From assembly GCA_963820525.1 (NCBI GenBank), contig CAWGAA010000001.1:384001-448000 (forward strand): a DNA stretch of 64,000 nucleotides. The letters are read 5' to 3'. The stretch is from an uncultured Spirochaetota bacterium (GTDB lineage Bacteria; Spirochaetota; Spirochaetia; SZUA-6; Fen-1364). Below, piece by piece: positions 39,941 to 48,790 of the stretch. Every line of letters starts with the position of its first letter. The stretch's first letter is position 1. The translations under genes and the position numbers were made by a program. Under the pieces are notes generated by a model that was given only the letters and a program-made list of their open reading frames with translations, was not told the DNA's origin and did not search any database.

Positions 39941-41976
39941 GGCGGGCTCGGGGTCTTTTCGAATCCCACGCTGAGGTGGTTCTCCCACGATTCTCCGGCC
40001 GCCAGGGAGAGCCGCCATTGGGGCACGAAACAATAGGACTGGAAAATCCGCTCCTGCCCGTCATCAGAATGCGGAGTGACCGTTTCCACGGGGAGGCTCC
40101 AGCAGAGGAACTCACGGGCCGATGAAAGGGTGATGGAGACTTCATTGAGCACGTCGCGGACCAGCAGGCCCCGCACTCCTTCCAGCTCGAAGCGCTCGCT
40201 GGCGAGATCGGTCTTCCTGTCCTCTTCCAGCAGGAAGAGACGGCCGCTTTCGGGAGAGCGGGAGGCGAGGGAGACATTGATCTCCACCGCGAAGCGCGCG
40301 GGAAGCTCCGCCTCTGCCTTGTTGGTCACGCGGTAGTAGACGTCAATGGATCGCGGACGAAAGATGAAGCGCTTCTCTATCTCTACCGGGTGGCTCGTCT
40401 CGCCGACGCGCACGGTCCCGAGCCTCCTCAACAGCACCTCGGGCAGGGAGCGGTTGAGCTCAACGACCTCGTAGAGGCCCTGAAGGAAATCCCCCGTTTC
40501 GGTGAAGCCGACGGCATCGAAGCTCTCGATGCTGCAATCCGGCGCGAGGAAATGGTCCATGAAGGCCCAGCGCGGGAGGCGATCCACGGGCCCCGCCTCC
40601 CGTTTCTTGGTCTGGCCGCTCTCGTCCCTGCGGGCGAAGGTGTCGAGGTAATTCCAAGCCGCGGGGAGGAAATCCAGCTCGAAGAGTACCCCGCCTCTCT
40701 TGTGGATGTAGCCGTTCAGCTCGGAGCCCTGGTAGAGGTACTCGTCATTGGTGTCCATGTCGAAATCGACGCTGATAATCGAGGGGGCGAAGATCTCCGT
40801 GGCGCGCGTGATCTTCTCCGCCTCGATCAGCGAGTGGTAGACGGCCTTCCTCAGGATATTCGAGTAGATGCCGCCGCTCGCTCCATGCCAGTATGCGTGG
40901 TGGCACTGCCCCTTCCACAGCTCGTTCTGCGCCGCTTTTTTCTTGTACTTGTCTCCCCTGACCTGATCCACGAGGATGTGGGTGTATATCATCTTCGCGT
41001 ACATCAGCTCGCCTTCGGGATACCGTGAGAGAAACTGGCGGAAAACGCCCCCTTTGATGAAGGAGGCCAGCTCCTCATCCCCGACGCTGCGCTTGAGAGC
41101 CTCGAGGTAGAGCCGGCGCCGCCGGGGGGGAAGCGCCCAGGCCGCCATCCGGGAAGACGAAGAGCAGGGGACGTAGAGCTTGCCCGCGGGAGCAAGCTCC
41201 CGCATGCAGGAGGTGGGAGTCACCGGCTCCAGCCACTCGGCGTTTTCCATTGCCAGGCGGAAGAACTCCTCGAACCAGCCTCCCGCGAAGCTTCCCCTCT
41301 CTCCGCTGGGCAGCTCCCCCAGACGCGCCCCGTCCTCCAGAAGCACGGCGACCTTCGTCCCCTCCTCGTCCGCGGCCCCATTGAGGAAATCGATCGCCTT
41401 TCCCGCCGTCCCCTCGGGGATGAGAGCGGCGAAGGGGCTCGACAGGGGGAAGATCGTGATGATCTTGCCCTGGTCTTCGGCGATAGCGGGCTGAAAGAGG
41501 TCTTCCTCCTCGACCCCCGCGGACCTGAATTGGCTGTCTTCGAGGAAAGTGTAATCCATTCCGCTGGTGCGCAGGACGGAGGCCATCGAGGGCTCCCAGA
41601 CGTTCTCTGCAAGCCAGCACCCCCGTGCCCGCGTCTCGAAGCGGACCCGCAGGTACGTCGTCATCTTCTCGATCTGGCCGAGCCTGTCGTTCGCCGGGAT
41701 CATCGTCAGAATCGGGTCATAGTACCCTCCCCCGAGAATCTCCACCTGCTTGCGCTTCACCATCTCGGCCAGGAGCATCACGAACTCCGGGTGATGCTCT
41801 TCCAGCCACTCCAGAAGGAGCCCGCTGTAGTGCAGGACGGCGGGAAGGTCGGGGAACGCGTACAGCACGCTGAGAAGGGGCTTGAGAGACTTCTGGTAGA
41901 TGTTCTCGGTCTGGAAATCCGGCTGCCCGATCGGCAGATGGTTGTGCGCACCGATTATCAACCTGATTTTTTTCAT
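39937..41976 (-). CDS. glycoside hydrolase family 57 (4-alpha-glucanotransferase/alpha-amylase type)
   Basis: HNHLP, HYSG, GGGYYDPIL, WLAENVW, RYPE, GQCHHAYWHG. Confidence 0.88.
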   Translation of the reverse strand: MKKIRLIIGAHNHLPIGQPDFQTENIYQKSLKPLLSVLYAFPDLPAVLHYSGLLLEWLEEHHPEFVMLLAEMVKRKQVEILGGGYYDPILTMIPANDRLGQIEKMTTYLRVRFETRARGCWLAENVWEPSMASVLRTSGMDYTFLEDSQFRSAGVEEEDLFQPAIAEDQGKIITIFPLSSPFAALIPEGTAGKAIDFLNGAADEEGTKVAVLLEDGARLGELPSGERGSFAGGWFEEFFRLAMENAEWLEPVTPTSCMRELAPAGKLYVPCSSSSRMAAWALPPRRRRLYLEALKRSVGDEELASFIKGGVFRQFLSRYPEGELMYAKMIYTHILVDQVRGDKYKKKAAQNELWKGQCHHAYWHGASGGIYSNILRKAVYHSLIEAEKITRATEIFAPSIISVDFDMDTNDEYLYQGSELNGYIHKRGGVLFELDFLPAAWNYLDTFARRDESGQTKKREAGPVDRLPRWAFMDHFLAPDCSIESFDAVGFTETGDFLQGLYEVVELNRSLPEVLLRRLGTVRVGETSHPVEIEKRFIFRPRSIDVYYRVTNKAEAELPARFAVEINVSLASRSPESGRLFLLEEDRKTDLASERFELEGVRGLLVRDVLNEVSITLSSAREFLCWSLPVETVTPHSDDGQERIFQSYCFVPQWRLSLAAGESWENHLSVGFEKTPSPP

Positions 41977-41982
41977 AGGCTT

Positions 41983-42573
41983 TCACCCCACGAGGTTTCG
42001 CACGAAAGCTTCGTCAAAGGCGAGGAATGCCATCGCGACGAGCCCCGTTGAAATGAGCAGGATCGGCGCTCCGCGCAGGGCCCTCGGAATCTTCTCCTGA
42101 TCGAGCCTCTCGGCAATCGCCGAGATCAGGACGTACGCCGAAAGAAAACCAAGACCGGCCGCGAATCCCGCGGTGAGGCTTTCCAGCGGGCCGAACGCAT
42201 CCCGCGCGGCGATCAAGGCGATCCCCAGCACGGCGCAGTTCACGCCCATCGAAGAGGGGGAGAAGCCCATGCTCCGAAGGGAGTCCGGCGCCGCTTTTCG
42301 AAGCAGGAGCTCGGCAAGCTCGGCGATGAGGAATACCGCGACGATAAAAGCCGGCGTCTGAAGGTATTCGAGGTGAGCGGGTGAAAGGACGAGCTGCCGG
42401 ATGCTCAACGTCGAAAGGGCCGCCGCGGTCATGAGGAATACGGAGGCGATCCCGAGGGCGACGGCCCCCGAAATCCGCCGCTCGCCGCCTATGCAGGGGC
42501 AGACGCCGAGAAGCTGGGAAAGGACGATGTTGTTCACCAGCGCAAAGGTGAGGACGATCCCGAAGGTGCTCAC
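41983..42573 (-). CDS. rnfA: Rnf complex subunit A
   Basis: VNNIVLSQLLGVCP, NCAVLG. Confidence 0.88.
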   Translation of the reverse strand: MSTFGIVLTFALVNNIVLSQLLGVCPCIGGERRISGAVALGIASVFLMTAAALSTLSIRQLVLSPAHLEYLQTPAFIVAVFLIAELAELLLRKAAPDSLRSMGFSPSSMGVNCAVLGIALIAARDAFGPLESLTAGFAAGLGFLSAYVLISAIAERLDQEKIPRALRGAPILLISTGLVAMAFLAFDEAFVRNLVG

Positions 42574-43217
42574 TGCTTCTCCCCCTTGCGTCCCTCGGTG
42601 AGCATCCTCTTCGCCGCAATGAGGTACCCCAAGAGCAGGAGCCCTCCCGCGGGAAGCGCAAGGATGCGTACTGAGGTGTCCTTCAAACCGCCAAGCTCGA
42701 TCCTGCCGGAGAAGGCGCCAAAGGGCGGCAGGCTGATGGCTCCCGAGCCGATCGCCTCCCGCAGGACAGCGATGAGCAGGATGCCGGTCGCAAAACCGAT
42801 GCCCAATCCAGCGGTGTCCGCGAGGGCTTTGGCGGTTCTGGCGTTCCACGAGAACACGGCCGTCCGGCCCAGGATCAGGCAGTTGACAGCGATGACGGGA
42901 AGGTAGATGCCGAGCCTGCCCCGTGTCTCCGGCAGCCATGCGCTCAGGAGGAGGTCCAGCGCCCCCACCAGGGCGGCTACAAGGACAAGTGAAATGAAGG
43001 CGCGGGCCCTCGGAGGAGACTGGGGAGCCGGCAGGAGGATGCGAAAGGGCTGTGTGAGCAATGCCGTCGCTATCAGCACGCAAAAAACCCCAAGAGAAAG
43101 GACCAGGGCGTCGAAGACACGGGTTGAAACCGCGATCGCCGGGCACAATCCCAAAAGCAGCGAGAAGAGAGGGTTCTCTCTGACGATTCCCGCCGAGATT
43201 TCGCTCCTCCGGCTCAT
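42570..43217 (-). CDS. rnfE: Rnf complex subunit E
   Basis: ENPLFSLLLGLCP, LGIYLPVIAVNCLILGR, LREAIGSG. Confidence 0.9.
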   Translation of the reverse strand: MSRRSEISAGIVRENPLFSLLLGLCPAIAVSTRVFDALVLSLGVFCVLIATALLTQPFRILLPAPQSPPRARAFISLVLVAALVGALDLLLSAWLPETRGRLGIYLPVIAVNCLILGRTAVFSWNARTAKALADTAGLGIGFATGILLIAVLREAIGSGAISLPPFGAFSGRIELGGLKDTSVRILALPAGGLLLLGYLIAAKRMLTEGRKGEKQ

Positions 43218-44314
43218 GCACCGCCTCCCGCGGCACGGATGGCCGCGCCCGGCCGGAAAAGCGAATCGAGGAGCGGAACCCCGCAGTTCATCACGATGAT
43301 GGCAAGCGATACCCCTTCCGCGAGGGATCCGTAGAACCTGAGGAGAAACGTGAGCGCACCCAGGCATGCCGCGTACGTCATACGCGCGCGAAAGCTGAGG
43401 GGCGATGTCACCGGGTCAGAGGCCATGAAAAAGGCGCCCAGGATGATACCTCCCGCAAGGAGGTGAAACAGGATGTCCCCGGAAAAGAGTCCCTGGCCGG
43501 AGCTTATGCCGCCAAGCGTCCACGTGAGGGCAACGAACGTGATGAGGTAGGCGGCTGGAATCTCCCATCGGATCACCCTCCGCGCGAGCAGGAAAACGGC
43601 TCCCGCCAGAAGGAGCAGAGGAGAGATTTCTCCGATGGGGCCTGCAACGTTTCCCAGCAGAAGGTCCACGCAGCCTCGAGGAGCGCTGATGCCGAAGGGA
43701 CCGAGGAGGTGCGCATTCAGCCATTCCACCACGGAAGAATCAATCGAGCTGAACGGATACCCTTGAGCGCGAAGGATCTCGAAGGGGTCTCCCCGAGGAC
43801 CTGATGGGTCTGCGAGAGCGGCGAGGACCGAGGCGAGAGGAGTGGATGCGCCGGCGTGGGCGACGGGGAACAGGCCCGGGGCCGCAAATCTTCCCATGGC
43901 CTGCCGCCATGAAAAAAGAACGAATACGCGGCCGGCGATGGCGGGGTTCATCCAGTTTTTCCCCAGCCCGCCGAAGCTCTCCTTGACGACGAGGATGGCG
44001 AAAACCGACGCTGCTGCGGGAACGAAAAGGGGCACGCCGGGAGGCATGAGGCAGCCAACCAGGAGGCCCGTGAGAAACGCGCTCCCATCCAGCAGCGTGA
44101 ACCGCCGGGCAAGGAGCCCCGTCAGGAGCTCTGAGATCAAAGCCGAGCCGACCGAAACTGCCATGACGGCAAAAGCGGAAGGGCCGAAGACGAACACGCC
44201 CCATGCCCCGGCGGGAAGAAGGCTTGCGGCAACGCTCCAGATCATCCCGGTGGTGGTCTGACTGCCCGAGATGTGCGGAGAACGGACGGCTGCCGGAGGT
44301 CGAGTTTCTTTCAC
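43214..44314 (-). CDS. rnfD: Rnf complex subunit D
   Basis: SPH, DGSAFLTGLL, FGGLGKNWMNPA, STPL, FFMASDPVTSP. Confidence 0.92.
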   Translation of the reverse strand: MKETRPPAAVRSPHISGSQTTTGMIWSVAASLLPAGAWGVFVFGPSAFAVMAVSVGSALISELLTGLLARRFTLLDGSAFLTGLLVGCLMPPGVPLFVPAAASVFAILVVKESFGGLGKNWMNPAIAGRVFVLFSWRQAMGRFAAPGLFPVAHAGASTPLASVLAALADPSGPRGDPFEILRAQGYPFSSIDSSVVEWLNAHLLGPFGISAPRGCVDLLLGNVAGPIGEISPLLLLAGAVFLLARRVIRWEIPAAYLITFVALTWTLGGISSGQGLFSGDILFHLLAGGIILGAFFMASDPVTSPLSFRARMTYAACLGALTFLLRFYGSLAEGVSLAIIVMNCGVPLLDSLFRPGAAIRAAGGGA

Positions 44315-44319
44315 GGCCG

Positions 44320-45603
44320 TTATACCCGCGCCGCCATGAACTTGCCGCGCCGCAGCCCTTCCACGAGGGGCATTGCCGACGGGCAGGCGTAAGCGCAGCA
44401 GCCGCACTCGGTGCATGCGAGGAGCCCTTCTCGGGCGGCTCCACGGCAGTCTCCGCGCTCCACGAGACCATACAACCGTGTGGGGGCCAGGCCCCAGGGA
44501 CACGCGTCGATGCATGCGCCGCAGCGGATGCACGGCAGGGTCCTGCGATGGGCGTCCCGCCCCGCGAAAGCGAGGACCGCTCCCACATCCTTGGTGATGG
44601 GCACGGCAAAGGAGCTCTGGGCGCGGCCGGTCATCGGCCCGCCCAGCACGATCGAGGCATATCCCTGGATGAGCCCACCGCACTCGTCGAACAGCTCTCC
44701 CGCCGGCGTTCCGAGCCTGACCTTGAGGTTGCGGGGGCGGACCACAGCGGGCCCGGCCACGGTGACGATTCTCTCGATGAGCGGCTTATCGAGCGCCACG
44801 GCCTCCCAGATCGCGTGGATTGTGGCCACGTTGAGAACGAACGCGCCCGGTGCCTGAAGGACGGCGGCGAGCCTCGACTCCTCACCCTGCGGGTATCTGG
44901 CAGCCAGGACCTCGACGCTGTATTCGCCGCCCAGATCCCGGAAGATGCGCTCGAAGATCGGCGCCGCGTCCTGGGAATCCTCTGAAACCGCCAGCACCGC
45001 GCGTTTGGCGGCGAGAATCCTCTGGACGATCCTCATCCCCTCGGCGACTTCCCGGGATTTTTCAAGCATGAGCCGGTGATCCGCGCTCAGGAAAGGCTCG
45101 CTTTCAACTCCGTCCGCGATAAAGGCTGAAACGCCCTTCCCCTGTGCCGAGGCGAGCTTCGCGTGGGAGGGCAGCCTGCTTCCGCCGAGCCCCACGACCC
45201 CCGCCGCCTTGATCCGCTGGATCAGCTCCGGCACCGACAGGCCTTCCCAGACGATGGGGCTTCGGCTCCGGCCGGACCTGTCGAACTCCCCTTCCAACTC
45301 GATGAACGCCGCCGTCGAGCTTTCACCGCTTGCCACGGAAACGGTTCCGACATCGGCCACCCTGCCGGGGATGGAGGCATGGACGTTCGCAGAGGACTCG
45401 CCTTTCGCCCTTCCTATCAGCATGCCTTCGCGGACCGCCTCACCGGGCTTCACGATGCAGTCAGCGGGTTCACCCGCGTGCTGGCGCATCGGGATCACGG
45501 CGAGCGAGGGAATCGGGGCATTGGAAATCGGCTGGAGGCGCGTTTCTTCCTTGAAGGAGGGCGGCTTCACGCCTCCCCTGGCGAAGGTCTTCAAGCGGGT
45601 CAT
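44320..45603 (-). CDS. rnfC: Rnf complex subunit C
   Basis: HASIPG, AGVVGLGG, YPQG, GGPMTG, two CxxCxxCxxxCP clusters. Confidence 0.92.
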   Translation of the reverse strand: MTRLKTFARGGVKPPSFKEETRLQPISNAPIPSLAVIPMRQHAGEPADCIVKPGEAVREGMLIGRAKGESSANVHASIPGRVADVGTVSVASGESSTAAFIELEGEFDRSGRSRSPIVWEGLSVPELIQRIKAAGVVGLGGSRLPSHAKLASAQGKGVSAFIADGVESEPFLSADHRLMLEKSREVAEGMRIVQRILAAKRAVLAVSEDSQDAAPIFERIFRDLGGEYSVEVLAARYPQGEESRLAAVLQAPGAFVLNVATIHAIWEAVALDKPLIERIVTVAGPAVVRPRNLKVRLGTPAGELFDECGGLIQGYASIVLGGPMTGRAQSSFAVPITKDVGAVLAFAGRDAHRRTLPCIRCGACIDACPWGLAPTRLYGLVERGDCRGAAREGLLACTECGCCAYACPSAMPLVEGLRRGKFMAARV

Positions 45604-47285
45604 GCGTGACGATTAAAACGCCAAAGCTTGTTCGAGATCAAGGGGCCGAACCGTGAGCCGGCGAGCAGCACGGCGGCGAGGGCAAGGAGGCAGACGATCG
45701 GGAAAGGCAGCTCGCGAAGCGCGAGAAGCGCCGGACCTCGGATGCTCACGGAAGGAGGGGCGCCCTGATCGAGCAGCATCCGTTCGACGCTGCCCGGGCG
45801 CATCCGCAGGGCGACGCCGGCCAGCCAGGCCGAATCGAACGCCTTCACGGTCCGCTGGATCGCGATGATGCGCCTGCTGTCCGCGTTCCAGATGTACTCG
45901 GTGATCCTCACCCGCTCGTCCCGCGCGGGCAGCCGGTAGCTCCTGCCGAAGGAGAGGCCCTCCTGGTATGCCGCGTGAGCAACGGCATCGGAGAGATCCG
46001 GCGGTCCCGATCGAGGTCTCGCGAGCCGTTCTTCGATGTAGTCCCATGAAAGCCCGCGCGCAGCCGGGATCGCCGCCGGGGCCGGAAGCGCCGCGCCTCG
46101 AAGCATCGAAAGAACTGTCAGGAGCACGGTCGCCGCTGCGGCGAGCGCGAGAAGCTGATAACGAAACGCCAGGGGCTTGCTCTCACGGCGGACGATTGCA
46201 ACGGGCTCGAAGGGGGTGCGTTTCCGCCTGCCGCCCTTGCGCATTGCGGCGAGGGGAAACGGTACGAGGAGAATCAGCAGGGAGGACATGAATGGCGAAA
46301 GCATCGAAAGAGGGATCATCGGGGAGGCGCCGCGAGCCACGCCGCTCAGAATCAAAAGAAGAACGGACGGAAAGAGGAATTCGAAAAGCCTTTCAATCAA
46401 CTCCCCCAAGGCCGAATCCTTCCACCTGCGATCCCGCACATGGAGTATCGTCTCTCGGGCATAGAGACCGCTCTCTTTCAGAAGATGGAGCCAGGGCACC
46501 GAAAGCAGGAAGAACAGGCACAGTCCCGCAGTCCCGCTCTCCACGACAGCGGGAAGCCACACTGCGGCATGGAGGAACAGCAGGGCGTGAAGGCCCCTGC
46601 TCCTCCTGCCCAGGGAGAAGGAGAGAAGAAGTGAGAAAGCCAGGGCGCTCGCCGTCATGATGCCGACCTGCGCGGGATCGAACTCCAAGAGCCTCCAGGA
46701 AGAGAACGGCAGGCCGAGCAGGAAAACGAGCCTCGCGAACAGAGCCCCCGGATTCCTGTACGAGGGTATGTAGGCGATCTCCCACTGTCCGGCGGGATCC
46801 GCAGAAGAGAAGTAGCTTCCGATCCCCATGAGGAAAGGATCGAAGCGCGGGTCTTTGGCGTCGAGCCTGGCTGCGAGCTCCTCCATGCTGCAGCTCGTCA
46901 TGCCTTCGAAGTCATTGAAGGAGACGCTCGCCGTGAAGCGGGACACGGCCGGACGCCCGGCGCCAAGGCTGGGTGACAAGAGCGAGAGCCTCCCCTGCGC
47001 CGCCGAGCCCTTTCTGACCAGGAGCGTGTCGTATCCCCTCCAAACCGTGGTGAGCTTGGGGATGAGCGGGAGGAAATGCCGGGCGACGAGCGACGCCGCG
47101 ATGGCCGCGAGCAGCATGGGCAGAAGCGCCGGGTCCCGCAGAATAGAGGCGTTCCGGGGCGCTTTGCGCATTCGAGCCGCCGTCGTGGAGGCGTTCCGGG
47201 GCGCTTCGCGCAATCGAGCCGCCGTCGTGGAGGCGTTCAGGGGCGCTTCGCGCAATCGAGCCGCCGTCGTGGGGGTGCGTCTCAT
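45600..47285 (-). CDS. hypothetical multi-pass membrane protein with N-terminal 14-aa repeats (start 47285 or 47294)
   Basis: Long ORF with several TMs; stop overlaps the rnfC ATG. Confidence 0.7.
   Translation of the reverse strand: MRRTPTTAARLREAPLNASTTAARLREAPRNASTTAARMRKAPRNASILRDPALLPMLLAAIAASLVARHFLPLIPKLTTVWRGYDTLLVRKGSAAQGRLSLLSPSLGAGRPAVSRFTASVSFNDFEGMTSCSMEELAARLDAKDPRFDPFLMGIGSYFSSADPAGQWEIAYIPSYRNPGALFARLVFLLGLPFSSWRLLEFDPAQVGIMTASALAFSLLLSFSLGRRSRGLHALLFLHAAVWLPAVVESGTAGLCLFFLLSVPWLHLLKESGLYARETILHVRDRRWKDSALGELIERLFEFLFPSVLLLILSGVARGASPMIPLSMLSPFMSSLLILLVPFPLAAMRKGGRRKRTPFEPVAIVRRESKPLAFRYQLLALAAAATVLLTVLSMLRGAALPAPAAIPAARGLSWDYIEERLARPRSGPPDLSDAVAHAAYQEGLSFGRSYRLPARDERVRITEYIWNADSRRIIAIQRTVKAFDSAWLAGVALRMRPGSVERMLLDQGAPPSVSIRGPALLALRELPFPIVCLLALAAVLLAGSRFGPLISNKLWRFNRHA
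47146..47271. repeat. three tandem 42-bp units
   Basis: GAGGCGTTCCGGGGCGCTTCGCGCAATCGAGCCGCCGTCGTG at 47146, 47188, 47230, each within 2 mismatches of the middle unit. Confidence 0.95.
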
Positions 47286-47300
47286 CCGCTTCACGGTGTT

Positions 47301-47783
47301 TCAGAGAGTGCAGAATGCGACGGCTATGAAAAACCCCAGAATGGCCCCGACGAAAACCTCGGAAACGGTATGGCCGTGGATCTCCTTCACGGTCTTGATG
47401 CGAATGGTGGAGTGCTTGGCCAGGTACTTGATGATCTGATTGATGGCGCGAGCCTGATGGCCCGCGGCGCGCCGCACGCCGAAGGCGTCGCGAAAGGTGA
47501 GAAGCGCGTAGAAAAGCGTCACGAAAAAGAGCGGCGAGTCGGCTCCTTCCACGAATCCGATGGACGTCGCCAGCGAGGCGACCAGGGCGGAGTGGCTGCT
47601 GGGCATGCCTCCCGTTGCCCAGAAGATGTTCAGCAATATCTCCTTTGCAGTATGCGGGCGGTTTCTGAGCAGGGCGATGCACGACTTGAGCAGCTGGGCA
47701 ATGAACCAGCTGGAGAAGGCGGACAGGAAGATGGGATTCCCGAGGACTCGCGTCGCAATATCGACGGCGCCTTGCGGTATCAT
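47301..47783 (-). CDS. divergent PAP2 family protein (DUF212)
   Basis: AQLLK, TGGMPSSHSA, DAFGVRRAAG, GHT. Confidence 0.92.
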   Translation of the reverse strand: MIPQGAVDIATRVLGNPIFLSAFSSWFIAQLLKSCIALLRNRPHTAKEILLNIFWATGGMPSSHSALVASLATSIGFVEGADSPLFFVTLFYALLTFRDAFGVRRAAGHQARAINQIIKYLAKHSTIRIKTVKEIHGHTVSEVFVGAILGFFIAVAFCTL

Positions 47784-47791
47784 CGGGGTTG

Positions 47792-47820
47792 AGTTTTCCG
47801 CGGAGCGCGAGCATTGTCAA
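47792..47820 (-). promoter_or_regulatory. putative promoter of the DUF212-rnf operon
   Basis: TTGACA-17 nt-AAAACT, 8 nt before ATG 47783. Confidence 0.5.
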
Positions 47821-47826
47821 GGCCAC

Positions 47827-47925
47827 GTGTGCGCCGAAGGCGCACGCTGATGGGGCCCCGGGGCTCTCGCTGTGTGCCCGGCGGCGTCGGCGCGAAGCGC
47901 GACGCCGCCGGGCTGCCGCCCTGGT
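47827..47925. repeat. REP/BIME-like palindromic element between divergent promoters
   Basis: GTGCGCC-GAA-GGCGCAC hairpin plus GCCCGGCGGCGTCG...CGACGCCGCCGGGC hairpin; homologous to the IS flanks. Confidence 0.75.
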
Positions 47926-47970
47926 GATAGCGCCGGCGCCTTCGCGAATGCCCGCACAAGCACCCATTTC

Positions 47971-47999
47971 TTGACAGGCGAAAGAGATGTCACTACTAT
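47971..47999 (+). promoter_or_regulatory. putative promoter of mlaEFD
   Basis: TTGACA-17 nt-TACTAT, 8 nt before ATG 48008. Confidence 0.7.
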
Positions 48000-48007
48000 C
48001 CGGCTGT

Positions 48008-48790
48008 ATGCCCATCGTGGAAAGCGAAGCAACACGCGAATGGCTGCACGCCGGAAAATCAGCGCTCAGCATGTATGGGAATTTCTTCTTCTGGCTGTTC
48101 CGGGAGCCTTTCCCCAACCGCCAGATCGGACAGCAGATCGTGCGGGTCATGCTCGAGGCCTTCGGCGTTCTCGTGATAACCTCCATCATCGAGGGCATGC
48201 TTTTCGCCTGGCTCGGCGGTTGGTATGCCGTCAAGTTCAGCTTCCTCGCCTGGTCGGGCGCCGCCATCGTGTACCTCCTGCTCTCGGAGAGCACGACGAT
48301 GATCGGGGCGATGATCTTCGCGGCGCGGATCGGCACCGCCTTCACCGTGGAAATCGGCTCGATGCAGATGAGCGGACAGCTGGATGCCCTGCGGTTGATG
48401 GCGGTGGAGCCGGTCCAATACATCGTCGTGCCGCGGGTCCTCGCCTCGATTCTCTGCCTGGTCGTCCTGAAGGCGCTGAGCGACGGGGTGGCGATCGTTT
48501 CATCGATGTTTCTGGCCCAGTGGTGGTTCGGCATCTCCTACCCCATCTTCCTCCAGCACGTCTTCGAGATCCTCCGGCACCCCATCCTCACCACGTCATA
48601 CGTCCGCTGCGCCATCCTTGCCTTCTTTATCGCGGTGAACGGCTGCGGACTGGGGTTCTATTTCAACGGCGGAGCCGTGGAGCTGGGCAAGACCACCACC
48701 AAGTCCATCGTCATCAACCTGCTCGTCGTCATCAGCGTGGACTCGATCTACGGAGTTATCGATTCGCTTACGGGGTGGAGCACCGTATGA
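48008..48790 (+). CDS. mlaE: MlaE-family ABC transporter permease
   Basis: ARIGTAFTVEIGSMQMSGQLDALRLMAVEP...VVPRV, GGAVELGKTTT. Confidence 0.85.
   Translation: MPIVESEATREWLHAGKSALSMYGNFFFWLFREPFPNRQIGQQIVRVMLEAFGVLVITSIIEGMLFAWLGGWYAVKFSFLAWSGAAIVYLLLSESTTMIGAMIFAARIGTAFTVEIGSMQMSGQLDALRLMAVEPVQYIVVPRVLASILCLVVLKALSDGVAIVSSMFLAQWWFGISYPIFLQHVFEILRHPILTTSYVRCAILAFFIAVNGCGLGFYFNGGAVELGKTTTKSIVINLLVVISVDSIYGVIDSLTGWSTV

Noticed and set aside
47146..47271. Possible CRISPR array, given the Cas2-like gene 9 kb away
   Set aside because: Units are head-to-tail with no unique spacers, so this is a tandem repeat.
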